From positions 1-64,000 of the forward strand of contig LWCA01000011.1 of NCBI GenBank assembly GCA_001642005.1: 64,000 bases of DNA. The letters are read 5' to 3'. The DNA comes from Intoshia linei (Eukaryota > Animalia > Orthonectida). The translations under genes were made by a program, and so were the position numbers. Shown here piece by piece: positions 26,101 through 38,280 of the stretch (positions are counted from its first letter, which is position 1; each line of letters starts with the position of its first letter). A model generated the notes under the pieces. That model worked only from the letters and a program-made list of their open reading frames with translations. It was not told where the DNA came from and made no database searches.

Positions 26101-27895
26101 TTTAATATTTCACTACCGTCAGAACATTTTGACGTGAGTTTTGAATGTAATTTAGCAGATTTAATTTCATCAATTTCTTCTTTCCAAGTCATTTCACATT
26201 GACAGTAAACTACGTTTAATTTACCATTTTTTAATACTAAACGTCGTCTCGTAGATTTTCCTGAATTTGTATTTGATAATCTTCTCAATACTTTCTATAA
26301 TTTTACAATATTAAGATTAGGATATTGCGTTCTATTGTGTTATTTGATTTTGATTTATTTATTATGTTAATTTAAATTGGTTTATTTTTATATTTTTAAT
26401 TCATTTTGTGTAATGGCAAATCTGTTATGACGTAACCTGATTGTTAATTTTTAAAAATTATTCTTATAACTAACTACATGTAGTTTTATTAGAGTAATTT
26501 AATTATAATAACAGTAAAAGTTAATTTAGTTTGAGTTTGAGATTATAATGAGCAGTGTTCATATTTTTCATTGATTGTTGGTAAAGTTTCATCAAGTTTT
26601 AGAGGTTAAGTCACCAAGGACATTTTATTCAAAAAATTTTATTGTATAAGTCATTTAACTGTCCAATATAATCAAATAATTATTGATATTACTTATTCTG
26701 ATTAGAATATTGTACAGGTAGTAAATCTCATGTGATATTTTAAATTTTCATTTTTTTGATATTTTCCATGTTTTAACGTTTTTTCAAGTACAAAATGTAC
26801 AAATGAAAAGTAAAACAAGTGGATATATTGACATTAAAAAGTCAAGATATTTGTATTTTTAATTTACAATTCTCTATTTAAAAAAATATTTTTTTTATAC
26901 ACATCAGTAATACTGATTCTATATTCAAAAAAGAAAAAAATTTTATTACAATAAAAGAAATGAGAGTTTTTCAAAATAAAGGTATTTTTAGTGAATTAAA
27001 AACAAATTTTACATTGGTTTCCATTTGAAGTGACACTTTTATTTCAATTATTTAATTTATTTATTATTCTCTTTCATTGTCATCGCTTTATGCGATTCGC
27101 ATAGAATGTTATTCAAGGCATATTTAGAAAAACTTTATTAATTTTATAAACTAACACTATCATTCTCAATAGGTGCGCTGAGACATCTTAATACATGTAA
27201 ATAAATTTTGAACAATTTTAAATCAAGGATTTTAAACCCTTGTTAATATTTGCTACGATTTGGCAGATAAGAACTCTGATAAGTTCATCTTAAATAAAAA
27301 GATGTCCAAATCTCGATTCGAACCTACCCACGCAGAATACAATTATATGACTATAACCACTCTGCCAGTTAGAGATCTCAAGTGAGTTATATCAAAAGTA
27401 TATATTCGAATCTCGATTAGTATGATAGCGATATATCACTACAATATTAAACATAAAAAAAGACAAAGAATTATATATGTTGAAGAAGAAATTAAAATTT
27501 CTTTGTCTCATATTCGACCTGAAATTAATAAAGTTGCCAACAAGTAAAGGATATAAGTCATAAAAATAAATCTTAATAAAAAATATTTACATTACTTATT
27601 GAAATAAGTTAATAAAAAAATTGAAAAATTCAAATTATAATTATCTTCCATTGGAAAAATATCAATTCTATTCAAGTGACGCATACATTAATGGAATATT
27701 TAAATTAATTAATTAATTTTAATTTTTAAATATAAAAATAAAACAGATAATTACATTAAACTTAAAAATAATAAAAATACAAGATATAAAAGTTACCGCA
27801 TCAGATTTATATTTTAAATCGAGACCATTTTTAATGTATTTATCAGGTGATATTTTTTGTTTATCCACCTTTAAAGCAATACTTGGTGAAAGCAT
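20126..27895 (-). CDS. LRRC74-like leucine-rich repeat protein with C-terminal EF-hands (both ends uncertain)
   Basis: Exons encode YIQICHKLNVTPSTFF, RI-type LRRs (LNLSYNFLEDKG, LDLSGNEFCDRDA, LNLSWNSIRKCGA, LNLSFNGFGLEG, ISYNPIQNMGA) and EF-hands DKDNSNSITHDE and DKDGDGEINY. Putative start MLSPSIALK at 27895. Last exon not resolved. Confidence 0.8.
21474..21898 (-). mobile_element. Helitron family, 5' half
   Basis: Reverse complement starts TCCTAAGTTAAGATTCCTAACTTATATAATAT. Homologous to 33660-34122. Confidence 0.75.
21984..22575 (+). mobile_element. Helitron subfamily copy, 5' part
   Basis: TCCTTTACTTATATA start followed by a GT/TTTG-rich tract. Shares CATACATTCTGGGACGCGTTTTAAAAT with 36568-37150. 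Confidence 0.6.
22624..22924 (+). mobile_element. Internally deleted Helitron
   Basis: A|TCCTTACTTATA start and ACCAGTCAACCTAG|T end. Confidence 0.75.
23066..23484. other. Intronic double-hairpin (structured RNA or foldback) element
   Basis: Collinear reverse-complement pairs: GTGTTTCTC/GAGAAACAC, TGCAACACG/CGTGTTGCA, CAAAGTACGATT/AATCGTACTTTG and TACATTAT/ATAATGTA. Confidence 0.6.
23730..24401 (+). mobile_element. Diverged Helitron copy
   Basis: TTCACTTATATA start. 3' end TGCCCTCGTCAGGGCTAG...TTTGTAC...GTAC...AATCAAGCTAG|T. Confidence 0.7.
24738..24985. repeat. Array of ~8 AATACTGACA motifs in a probable Mutator/foldback-type terminal repeat
   Basis: Motif copies at ~24772 (inverted), 24790, 24851, 24871, 24901, 24922, 24941 and 24964. 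The right end, read as reverse complement, is GGGCATTTATTGTGTCAGTATT. Confidence 0.55.
25337..25875 (+). mobile_element. Internally deleted Helitron
   Basis: A|TCTTTACTTATATA start and GTGCCCTCGGCAGAGCTAG...ACAGTCAACTTAG|T end. Confidence 0.78.
27305..27380 (-). pseudogene. tRNA-derived relic (tRNA pseudogene or SINE head)
   Basis: The minus strand has an A-box TGGCAGAGTGG and a B-box GGTTCGAATC at tRNA-like spacing, but no valid cloverleaf. Confidence 0.45.
27470..27563 (+). mobile_element. Buster/Charlie hAT transposase C-terminal remnant
   Basis: Translates to VEEEIKISLSHIRPEINKVANK*..SH*, resembling the LSxIRPxIxxL..Q.SH C-terminus of this family. Confidence 0.5.
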
Positions 27896-29084
27896 TTGTA
27901 AAACTAAATTTTTGATAAAGTATAAAGTCGAATGTCAGACTGAAATACCTAAATCTTACGGCATTAATTAAATATTCAAAACTGCGTATCCTTTGTTCAA
28001 ATTGTTTTTTAAATCCATAAATCATGCACTTTCTCAGTTGTATTTTATAATTGCTTTATTTATTAAAAGGTACTATACAACATTTAATTGTTCTTTTTTA
28101 ATTATTTTTACATTATTGTTTAATTGTTCAGTTACAATTACAATTGTAATTAATCTAATACTTATTTTAGATTACTAAAAATAGCAAAATTTTAAATTAT
28201 ATTTTTCATTCAATATTATACACATAAATTTGAGATTATAGGCACATTTCACTTAATCAGCTGCAGCTTAACTAAAAAATTTAAAAAAGAAATAAAGTAA
28301 AACATTTGCTGACTTTCTTTTGTTGAAAAATGTTTAGCGAAAACTTTTATGAATATATATTTTGTAATGTTGCGTATACATTAAATGTTGTATATATGCA
28401 ACGATTGTACCATCTTTCTCGGTTAATGAGGTGACAGTAGGAACCAATTAGTAAATGATATATAATTTTATAAAACAAAACTAGCATGTAAGTTAAACAA
28501 CAAATGTAAAATACAGATTAATGAAAATAAAATTGAAATGTAATTTAACTGTCTTATGTATTATTATATATTTTTTGTTTTGAAAGGCTGAGTGCGATTA
28601 AAATATTTGCGAATTGAAATACAATAAATATAAATTTATATTAAATTTGAAAATAGATAGTAGTGTGTATGGTTAATATGGTTTAATTAGTTCGACAAAA
28701 TAATATAATCTTGTATCTTTAGAATATTTCAATAATTATTAATTATAATTGGTGTTGCCAGAATTCTACTATAAGTTTATTGTTAGGTATAGTAATGGAT
28801 ATACTTCGAAAGTTGCAAAAATTTTTGTATTCATCGTAACGATAACTAAATATTTTTAATACAGTCAATTCTGTTCAAAATGAACAATTTAAGTGTAAAA
28901 ACGATTTAGTAATTTTAATTCAAGACGATAAAACAAATAATTAAATAATCTATGGATACAATCTATAGTGAACATATGTTTACTACACAAATAATGAACA
29001 TTTCTTTTTATCAACATAATTGTCAACATTTAGAATCATTCAAAGCATTTTAGCCTTTTCACTGTTTGTGTATTCTATACTCTA

Positions 29085-29305
29085 CAGTGCCCGACATAAG
29101 TATTAGGCACCCCAATTGTAATTAATTTAAACACTCCTGGTTCATGATTTAAGACATTTTCTTGTATCATATCTACTGAATGATCAAGAAAAAATATTTA
29201 AAAACCCTAAAAAAGTCAAAACTATTAAAAAAATTTAATAATTAATGTAATATAAATATTTTTAATTAAAATTGCAAAATTCCGAGCGACATAAGTCTTA
29301 GGCAC
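29085..29305 (+). mobile_element. Tc1/mariner IR/DR-type TIR
   Basis: TA|CAGTGCCCGACATAAGTATTAGGCAC start with inner direct repeat CGACATAAGTCTTAGGCAC at 29287-29305. Second copy at 19747. Confidence 0.78.
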
Positions 29306-29580
29306 TTATAAAATAATACAATTAATTATGTTAATTAAATGAAAATATATTAGATAAATATTTACTACCAACAAGTTTTTTAAATTCTCAGCCTATTATT
29401 AATAGTAATTGTAAATTGATATCTTTTAGCGGTCATACAATATGCTAACGAAGAGCATGGACTGCCAAATGTAGCTATCGAAATCGAACAGTGACACAAC
29501 TATTTGAAATTGTAGATGGTTGCAAACCGATTATAAAATTAAATTTAATAAATAATTTAAAAATTGACTTAAATATCGGA

Positions 29581-30300
29581 TAAAGTAATTTTGACCCACA
29601 TGCCGAGACTATTGTTTAAGTAGATGCTTCTAATGATGGAATCGGGGCTATTTTATTGCAAATAATTAATGGCCATAAAACAACGATAGCTTTCTATTCT
29701 TCAAGATTATCTAAAACTGAGCGTAATTATTTAACTGGTGAGAAAGAATCTTTAGCCTGCGTAATGGGTATACGTAAATCGCACAATTATGTGTATGGAC
29801 GCTCTATAATACTGAGAACGGACCATTTACCATTATTATATTTGTTGAAAAATTTAACTAACGGTCATGCAGCAGCTAGAATAAAAAGGTGGTCAATATT
29901 TTTGAGAGAGTTTATACAATAGAGCACGTTAAAGGTAAAAACAATGAAATTGCTGATTGTCTCTCTAGGCTACCCAGTGATGATGAAATTGAAAGAATTG
30001 ATATTAAATATGTTCATCTTATTGCTAATCCACAGTATTTAAGCATGATTGAAATTATTGATGCTGTTATCTCCAATCTTGTATTAACCAAAATAAAAAA
30101 ATTTGTTTCAGAAGGTTGGCCAGATAAAAAATTTTTATCAAGCAAAGAAAAAAAATTTTACCAAATAAATTCTGAATTGTGGATTAATGACAATATACTG
30201 ATTAGAGGGTGACTCCTTAATTGTATTGCCTGATAAATTATACGAAAAATGTATTAGTCTCGCTCATACTTATGATATGGGAAAAACAAAACAAAAAGGT
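29581..30300 (+). mobile_element. Degenerate Ty3/gypsy pol fragment (RNase H, linker, start of integrase zinc region)
   Basis: VDASNDGIGAILLQ, AFYSSRLSKTERNY..GEKESLACV.G, LRTDHLPL, ARIKRW and HVKGKNNEIADCLSRLP. Contains stops and frameshifts. Confidence 0.88.
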
Positions 30301-30497
30301 TACTCAGAAGCAGTGGCGACTCTGGCTAATCGGGCTAAAATTTCTATGACAACCACAAATTTTTTTCAAATTATATTTGAAAATAATAAATATCAAAAAA
30401 AAAATTTACAAATAAGAAGTAATTATAAACTAAATCTGAAAATTATAAATAGAAAATGAAGATTCAAATTTTTTGTAACGATATTTAAAATTGACAT

Positions 30498-30714
30498 AAC
30501 TAAGATATAAATAATTTCTCATAAAATTTTAGATGTAACCGCTATATAAATTTAATGTAAAGATTTATTACTAGTCAAATGAAAATTTTTCCGAGCTGAA
30601 CAAGTTTAAAATTAACGTAGCTAAGATATAAATAATTTCTCAAAATTTTAGATGTAACCGCTATAAAAATTTAATCTATAGATTTATTACTAGTCAAATG
30701 AAAATCTGCCCGAG
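30498..30714. repeat. Tandem duplication with ~120-bp period
   Basis: CTAAGATATAAATAATTTCTCA...GATGTAACCGCTATA...GATTTATTACTAGTCAAATGAAAAT occurs twice. Confidence 0.85.
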
Positions 30715-32767
30715 TTATGTGTATTTATATTGATTTAATTTAAACATTTATGCAAATATTTCGCTTACAAGTGATTGTCAAGTGAATAATCTTTTTTGAA
30801 TTTCAGACTGAATATATAATTGTGTTCATATTTACAAATTAAAAATTAATTTAACAATTATTAAGAAATTTAACACTCGAAAATATTAAATATTTTATTT
30901 TTTTTAATATTTTGATAATTGTTTAATTGGGGTTTTCACCCGCAAGGACTCAAATTTGGAAACTGAAAAATAGAAAATTTTCATTCATTGAGAATTTATA
31001 AAAAGTGACAATTTAACTGGCGTTGTTATTTGTGTTGATAATATGCAGGTCAGATTGGAACGAAATTTACATGAAATTGAAATTAGAAATGCAAAAAACA
31101 ATTAATAAAGTCTGAAATAACTGACATAATTTTAAGTTAACGATTTACTGAAAGTAAAAACTCAATTGGTATGGGTTCTTTAAATGTAATAGCAAATTAA
31201 GGTATAATAAAAATTAAATGGATAAGAGGAAGATAGAGAGGGAAGTAGGAGAGGAAAGAGGCATTTTATTTTATTCAAAACATTCAATTTGGTATACGCA
31301 AATCATTAATATTTTAATTTAATTATAATTATTAATTTACATATACATTGTTAATATAAATTATGTTAATTTACTAGCATTATTGCATCATCAAGGCATG
31401 AAAATTTATAATTTATATTTTATACACATAAATAAGATTGATTAGTTTATTTCATTTCGGTAAGCAAAAAAGATATTAGTAGGATGAAATTGGAATATAA
31501 TATATTTTTCTATTAATAATATACATAATAATATATCATACAGTTTTATTGAGGGACAGAGTGACTATTCTTATTCTTGGCACGATGGTAGAAAAGAAAT
31601 CCTTAAAAACATAAGATGAAATTTAAATGGAAAGTAAATTATGTGGTTGGATATTGACGTTTGTACTATGGTAAAAATGGAATTATTTCCAGTTGCACCA
31701 GTCCATATCTAATGTTCCACAAACCAGGATATGAAATACATGTAGTTATCATTTCCATATTTCTCAATTAACCTACATCTCACAGAAAACTCGTGTATAT
31801 ATTTATAGGGCGTTGTATCGATATAATCTTATTGTAATTGGAAGGTATTTATCAATGTTAAATTATTTTAAATGTATGATCGAAGATTAAATGAATGAAG
31901 ATTTAAGAATAAGTTAAAATTTAAGCAAAAATAATATACAATCTATATTCAAAAGTAAAGATACAAATTTGAATATACATTTGTAAATTTGTATTATTTA
32001 GTTACATGTATTTAAATTTAATAATGATTATTGACTCCAAATAATATATTAAATTTTTTCTGGATCTAAATTAGAAAATTTCTGTAAACAAAAATATCTA
32101 CAGACAAAATGGATTTGATTCATAAATTTTGTTTGAACAACATTTTTATCAATAGGCACAATTTAGTTTGAATTCTTGAAAATTGAAAAAATTACTATAA
32201 ATATATCAGGTACATGAATCAGGGTGGACAACACCCATTAACCCCTAAAAAAATATTTTTATATAAATTAGATTTCATAGAAAATCAAAATTTTCCTTGT
32301 CCCCATGATACAATTGTACTATATATTCTCAATATTTTTCTGAACTCCAGGGTTTTCCATAGACCAATTTCATCGACTCCTGATTTATATATTTAATTCC
32401 AATAATATAATGCATGTATATATAACCTTCAGTTTTTTTGAAGGATATACGAGCTTAAGTACATTATCCACTTTCTGTAAAATTTTAAAAATAAATCTAA
32501 TAATAGAAAAGCGCTATTCGTTGAAGATACAGAACGACTATGAATAATATTTAGAAATGTGCAAATGTAAATTGGAATAATATGATAAATTTACCAAATT
32601 CAGTATAAAGCCAAGTGAAGGGAAATTTTTCGCACATCACAATTTAAGAAATTCCGAAAAAACAAATTAAAGTACATATATTATTGTTAGGGATTATATC
32701 TGATAAACTAAAATATTTTTCTTTCTCGAAAATTTAGTCGGAATTTATAATCCACTTTATAATTTGA

Positions 32768-34122
32768 CTAGGTTGACTGTTATGTACTACGTACAAACAG
32801 CACCTAGCTCTGCCGAGGGCACATTTTTATTATACCAAAAAAATAAATTCACGTTGAAAATCTAACTTAAAAATCCACTATTCACTATTATCAATTCCCA
32901 GGTTCCCAAATTTGTTTCAGGTGGAACCATCATATCATTACTTTTTATTTTAAAGTGAATTATTCCATCTTAATTTTTTGTTGGTTAACATTTCAAAATA
33001 AAGTAAAAACAGTCCAATTCTATAAATTGTCATAAATAGCATAAATTGAAAAAAAAATAAAATTATAAAAACCTATTTTGTCATTTTCAATGTGATAAAT
33101 CATATATCACTGATGACATATATTCAGTACCAATTTTCTAAATACTTAAAAATACCAATTATGTATCAATAATTAACGGAATCTTCACTTTATAAATATA
33201 TTTTAAACGAATTTACCAAATATTACAAAGGATTGTAATAAATATAAAAATGATACTAACAAAGTTGTATTACTTTTAGTAGTCGTTGTTGTAGTTTTTA
33301 TTTAAATTTTATTACAAATGTTTTGAAAATGAGAATTTGAAATTTCAAAATTGCGAAGGATTAAATTATATAGATTTTCACCCATATTTCTTTATTGGAA
33401 ATGTGTAGACGTTCAATTTACACTTTTTTATTATTTGTAGGATCAATATTTACATTTTTAATTTTTATCGAAATATTTGAAAAATGTTGGTTAATAATAT
33501 ATTAAAAATTATTTTTCACCGGGAATGCGTAGATTTCTGGGGGTTGAACTTTTGTATTTATATCAACTGGAATAAGCTCTACGAGAATAATTTTTTTTTT
33601 AATTTTCGGACAGTTAATTATTTCACATTTTTTGTTTTAATAAAATATTTCGGAAAAAATGTATATGAATACTAAAATACTTTTTTGACCGTAAAGTCGT
33701 CACTTATTCGGATTAAAAATTTTTGTGTGTGTTAACAGGATACAACTGTACCACCTGTAAATTTGTTGAAATTCTAGGGCTGTTTTCAAAAAAAAGGAAG
33801 GGTCATTTGGGGTTTTGACCTTGAAGATATCATTTTTTTAAATTTATGATAATGTTTATGATTTTAAAATCCGTATCAGCGTATATATTTTTTTAAATTC
33901 TCCAACTCGTTTGATTTTCAAAAAGAGGATAATTGGGGTTTTTGACCCGTAAGATGTATGTTTGGGAGGTTGAAATTTATCTTATTATTACCCGAAAAAC
34001 ACTGTAATTGAAATGTGGAGTTTATAAAATTCTAAGACTGGTAGTTATTGAATTAAAGAGGAACACACACAAAAACAAATATTGCATAGGATATTATATA
34101 AGTAAGAAATCCTTACTAAGGA
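32768..34122 (-). mobile_element. Near full-length non-autonomous Helitron (~1.35 kb)
   Basis: The minus strand reads A|TCCTTAGTAAGGATTTCTTACTTATATAATAT ... GTACGTAGTACATAACAGTCAACCTAG|T. This gives a 5' TC, a 3' CTAG, insertion between A and T, and no TSD. Confidence 0.85.
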
Positions 34123-34442
34123 TAGATCAAAAGTATGGATTTGTGGTTTGTACAAAAACTAAAATTTAGGATTATTGACTCATACTTTTTTCTAATTTTG
34201 AATAAATTATAACTAATTATATAAATGGAATCAAACCAATTATTAAATCAAATATACCACTATTGGGTCTTAGCAATTAAAAACGAATGCACCCTTTGAA
34301 AGTGACATTTAATTATTTTAGACTCTGATTACATTAGAAATCGTAATTTAAATTTCTCCAAAGTGGATTTTGAAGTACAATTTCTACTTTAACATGAATT
34401 ACTTTGGGTAATGTAAACTATAATATTTTGTAGTTAAAATAT

Positions 34443-35734
34443 TTATTTATTTTCATGTTTCATATGAGCAAAGGTGGTAAAAAGCGCAGTAATAATTAGC
34501 CATATTGAATTAATATTGAATACTGTACTGTACGAACCGCTATTGTCTCGGATAGTTCCAGAGATGATAGGTCCAATGATAATTGGGATAGACATTACGG
34601 TCATAGCAAAACTCATACCACTGGAAGCTTTTTTAGGACCCAATAAATCTCTACAAATGGGCATAATAAATGAACTAAGTATTCCTAGAGCCACTCCTAA
34701 TATTGTTGAAAGGATCATCATATAATATTTATATTGTATTAATATGGGTATAAATAGCAAACAAATGCCGCCAATCATCGAAGCAAATTGGTGAATGATA
34801 ACTCTATTAAAACCTTTGTAATCAGAAATTTTCCCAAACACTAAACGGCCAATAATAGAACCTAAACCTAGAGCTGACACCAATATATCTCCTTTATAAG
34901 TTGTGTGGCTTTCCACAGTATATCTAACCTAAATTGAACTGTGAATGGATATTATTAATACTTACTAAATACAGGTAAGTCGTTCCATATCCAATGCGTA
35001 AACTCAAGTAGCCGATAACATACATTTTGTATTGATAAACATTAAGAACGTCTAATAATTTAAATTTTTCACTTGTCGATGATGGGCATAGTTTTGTATT
35101 TAGTTTTTCGATTAAATTAATCTTTTTATTTGGAGTTTGACGTAAGACTGGCAGGCATGCATATATTAGAAGATAAGCGCAAGCCTGGAATCCAAAAAGA
35201 TAAGAGAGTCCAAGATTGTTGATTATTGGACGAATTACGTGCGGTAATATGATTGTGAATATAGCAGTGCCACTAGCAACAATACCATTGATTGTACCAA
35301 TATTTTTTTCGAAATGACAAAGCAAGATATTCATCACTGGTACATAAATTAGAGAATTTCCTAGACCCACAATTAATCCTACGCACACATACAAGACAAT
35401 AATAGAATTTGGAAATAACGCGGTTACCACTAGACCCACTGTGCATAGAGTTGTGCCAATGAGTGCAGTTTTGACTCTTCCAATCCTTTGCATTACCATA
35501 TTTGCTAAAATACTGGTCATGAAAAATATTCCATTTGGTAAAGCTCCCACAATAGCTACAATGTATTTATATATAATACGTTTATAAAAGGATACAATTT
35601 TTCAAGGACGATTTAGACCCAATATCTTTACCCACTAAGTTGTCGTATATTATGCCGAACGTATTGATCATTCCATATATCAAACCATTGCACCAACAAG
35701 ACAATGATACGGCAAAAAGTTTTGTCAAATTCAT
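34443..35734 (-). CDS. SLC16 (monocarboxylate/aromatic amino acid, MCT8/MCT10-like) MFS transporter
   Basis: Three exons. TM1 CWCNGLIYGMINTFGIIY matches the WCNG signature of SLC16A2/A10. Also GLGNSLIYVP..IL.HF.K..G.INGIVASG, GRLVFGKISD and GPIISG.IRDNSGSY. Confidence 0.88.
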
Positions 35735-36567
35735 GAATTCAGTAGATATTTAATTATGGTTTGTCTTTATAAAGCAATACAAATAATTGATAATATACAT
35801 TATATATTGTTTACATTTATACTTCAACTTGAATTTATAAATTAATTAATAATAATACATTTTTACTTGTATCACATTGGCAAGCCCGTTGAGCCATCTA
35901 GGGCCCGAGTCCAAAATGATAAACCCTATAGACAAGTTGTAATACATAAAATCTATAACAATACTACAATAATAATTATAATCAAATCCCATATTCTGAA
36001 TAACACTAAAAATTTTTTTCCTAAAACTATAGTTTTAAAAGTAAAAGTTTTTCGTATTACATGTATAATATTTAACATGGAAATATATCCAATTCTCTAA
36101 AATTTCAATTTATTTCCAAGTCAAATAAAGGGAGCTATAAGGTAAACAAATTTAAAATTGTTGTTATGAAAAAACTTGTAAAATTTATTAACAAAATGAA
36201 ATTAATCGTTGTCAATATCACATACATTACATGTATTACAGTCTAAGTTTTTATTAACGCAATTTTCTCATAGTAACACTTTTATTAACGGAATATAATT
36301 TTTTTAATAAAAATATTAAATAGTCATATTTCTTGTTACTGTGAGTTTTTGAATAATATATGACAAAGTAATATACATAAAACATTATCAAGGGGTTTAC
36401 ATCAGTTTTTTTGGGCCTTTCTCGTTTCTTAGAAATTATATTTTAAGTGTTCAAACAAAGATTTAAATGTCAAATTACCTGTGAAGAACTCTGTGTTGCA
36501 AAAAAGTTACGAAACCACTGGATGACATCCTTGAATTTTACAGTGGTTTATCAGTGATTAATTAATA

Positions 36568-37150
36568 CTTTACTTATATAAAAACGAATGTATGTGTTTT
36601 TTTGTGTTTGTGTCCAACCATTTATTAAAAAAATTCACAGTCGTTGGATTTAAAAAACCAAATTTCTAATACTTTTTTCCCAGAACCAGGTTTTATTCAT
36701 TTTAGTCCTTCAGGGTAAAAAACCCAATTTTTCCTTTTTGTTTAAAAAAAATCATCCCAAAATCAAGCCTAAAATTTAATAAAACATACATTCTGGGACG
36801 CGTTTTAAAATCATAAACATTATCATAAATGGAAACGTAAAAAAATAATTTTCACAATCAAAACCTCATATGACCATCATTTTTTTTAAACAGTCCTAGA
36901 ATTTAAAAAAATTTCAATATTTATTTAACAATACAACAATATTTATTTTTTTTATTTCGAAACTATTTTATTAACACAATTGTAAAACAAAAAATTTGAA
37001 ATAATTAATGGCCCTTCAATTAAAAAAAAAAGAGATTATTCTGATATAGCTCATCTATCATGGGTGGAAATCTATATAATTGATTCTTTCAGGTTTTTTT
37101 CATGGCTACGCAATTTTTTATTCTCAAATTTATATTTTCAAAACATTTTG
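36568..37150 (+). mobile_element. Helitron subfamily copy, 5' and middle part
   Basis: CTTTACTTATATA start. Shares blocks with 21984-22575 and AGATTATTCTGATA with 1-40. Confidence 0.6.
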
Positions 37151-37364
37151 TTTAAAATTTAAATTAAAACTACCGCAACGAATTACTAAAAGTAATGCAA
37201 CTTTGTTATTATCATTTTTATATTTATTACAATGCTTTGCAATATTGATAAAATTCATCTGAAATTTTATTAAATGAAAACCATTAAATATCATATTTCT
37301 TGTTATTATGAATTTTTGAATAATACATGACGAAGTAATATACACAAAACATGTTACTTTTCAA

Positions 37365-37435
37365 GCATTAGTGGTTCAGTGGTAGAATTACTCATTGCCA
37401 TTCAGTAATTCCTGGTTCGATTCCCGGTTAATGCA
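37365..37435 (+). tRNA. tRNA-Gly (GCC), second copy, possibly a pseudogene
   Basis: Paralog of 16485-16555. Has a C:C mismatch in the anticodon stem and a T:C mismatch in the T stem. Oligo-T terminator is retained. Confidence 0.7.
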
Positions 37436-37922
37436 TTTTTTTAATTGATTTTTTCATTTTGAATTTGGATCGACTCTGCATGCTTATCAAGTTTTTAAAC
37501 TCATGACCATTTATATTAATCGTGATCATAAACGTGACATTAAAATAGACCATAAAAATTAATCGCGCACCTTATTCGATAAAAACGTTTAAAGTTACCT
37601 AATAATAATTCGTTATTTGCGACGTTATGGGACTCTAAAGAAACATGAAATATAAAACATTTATGAAAAAATGTTTTTTAAGTTTTTTATCATTACATTG
37701 TAGATTTAGTAAAATTGGAGTTTTTATTTTGGGGTTTTCGATTAAGAAGTTGTTTATCATAAGATTTGGTAACAATGCGATTTTTCAAAAGAATGATATT
37801 AAGATGGGATAATATTTGTTGTAAAATGATGCATCGTTTCTCTTAATTAAAACATTTATATTTTTTAATACATGTATATATAATTTAATATTTGTTTTTC
37901 GTTTTAATTTAAACTACTAGAC

Positions 37923-38280
37923 CAGGGAAGTCAGACTCAATTTGCTTGGCGGGTCAAATGTGAAAAAAAATTATTACGTGGACCGCACAAAAAAAATCTT
38001 TACTCAAAAAATTATGTTAAAACTAACAGATTTAATTAATTCTAACTTTAAACTTTAAAATCTAAAATTAATTCGGTTATTGTATATTATATTTAGGTAT
38101 ATTAAATTTTAATTTTACCCCGGTTTTTTGCGCAGTAATATAAAAAATATATATAATGTATAAAATTAAAAAAATCTGTTAGGACACCACATGGAAATAT
38201 TTGTTATAAATTATGGTGGGGCCTAGAAACTTCTTAAGGATAAAAGTGGGGCATGACACTTAAAAGGTTGGGAAACACTG
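37923..38280. mobile_element. hAT MITE
   Basis: CAGGGAAGTC...TTGGGAAACACTG ends. Flanks TACTAGAC / AACTAGAC match 7/8 as a TSD. Confidence 0.65.
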
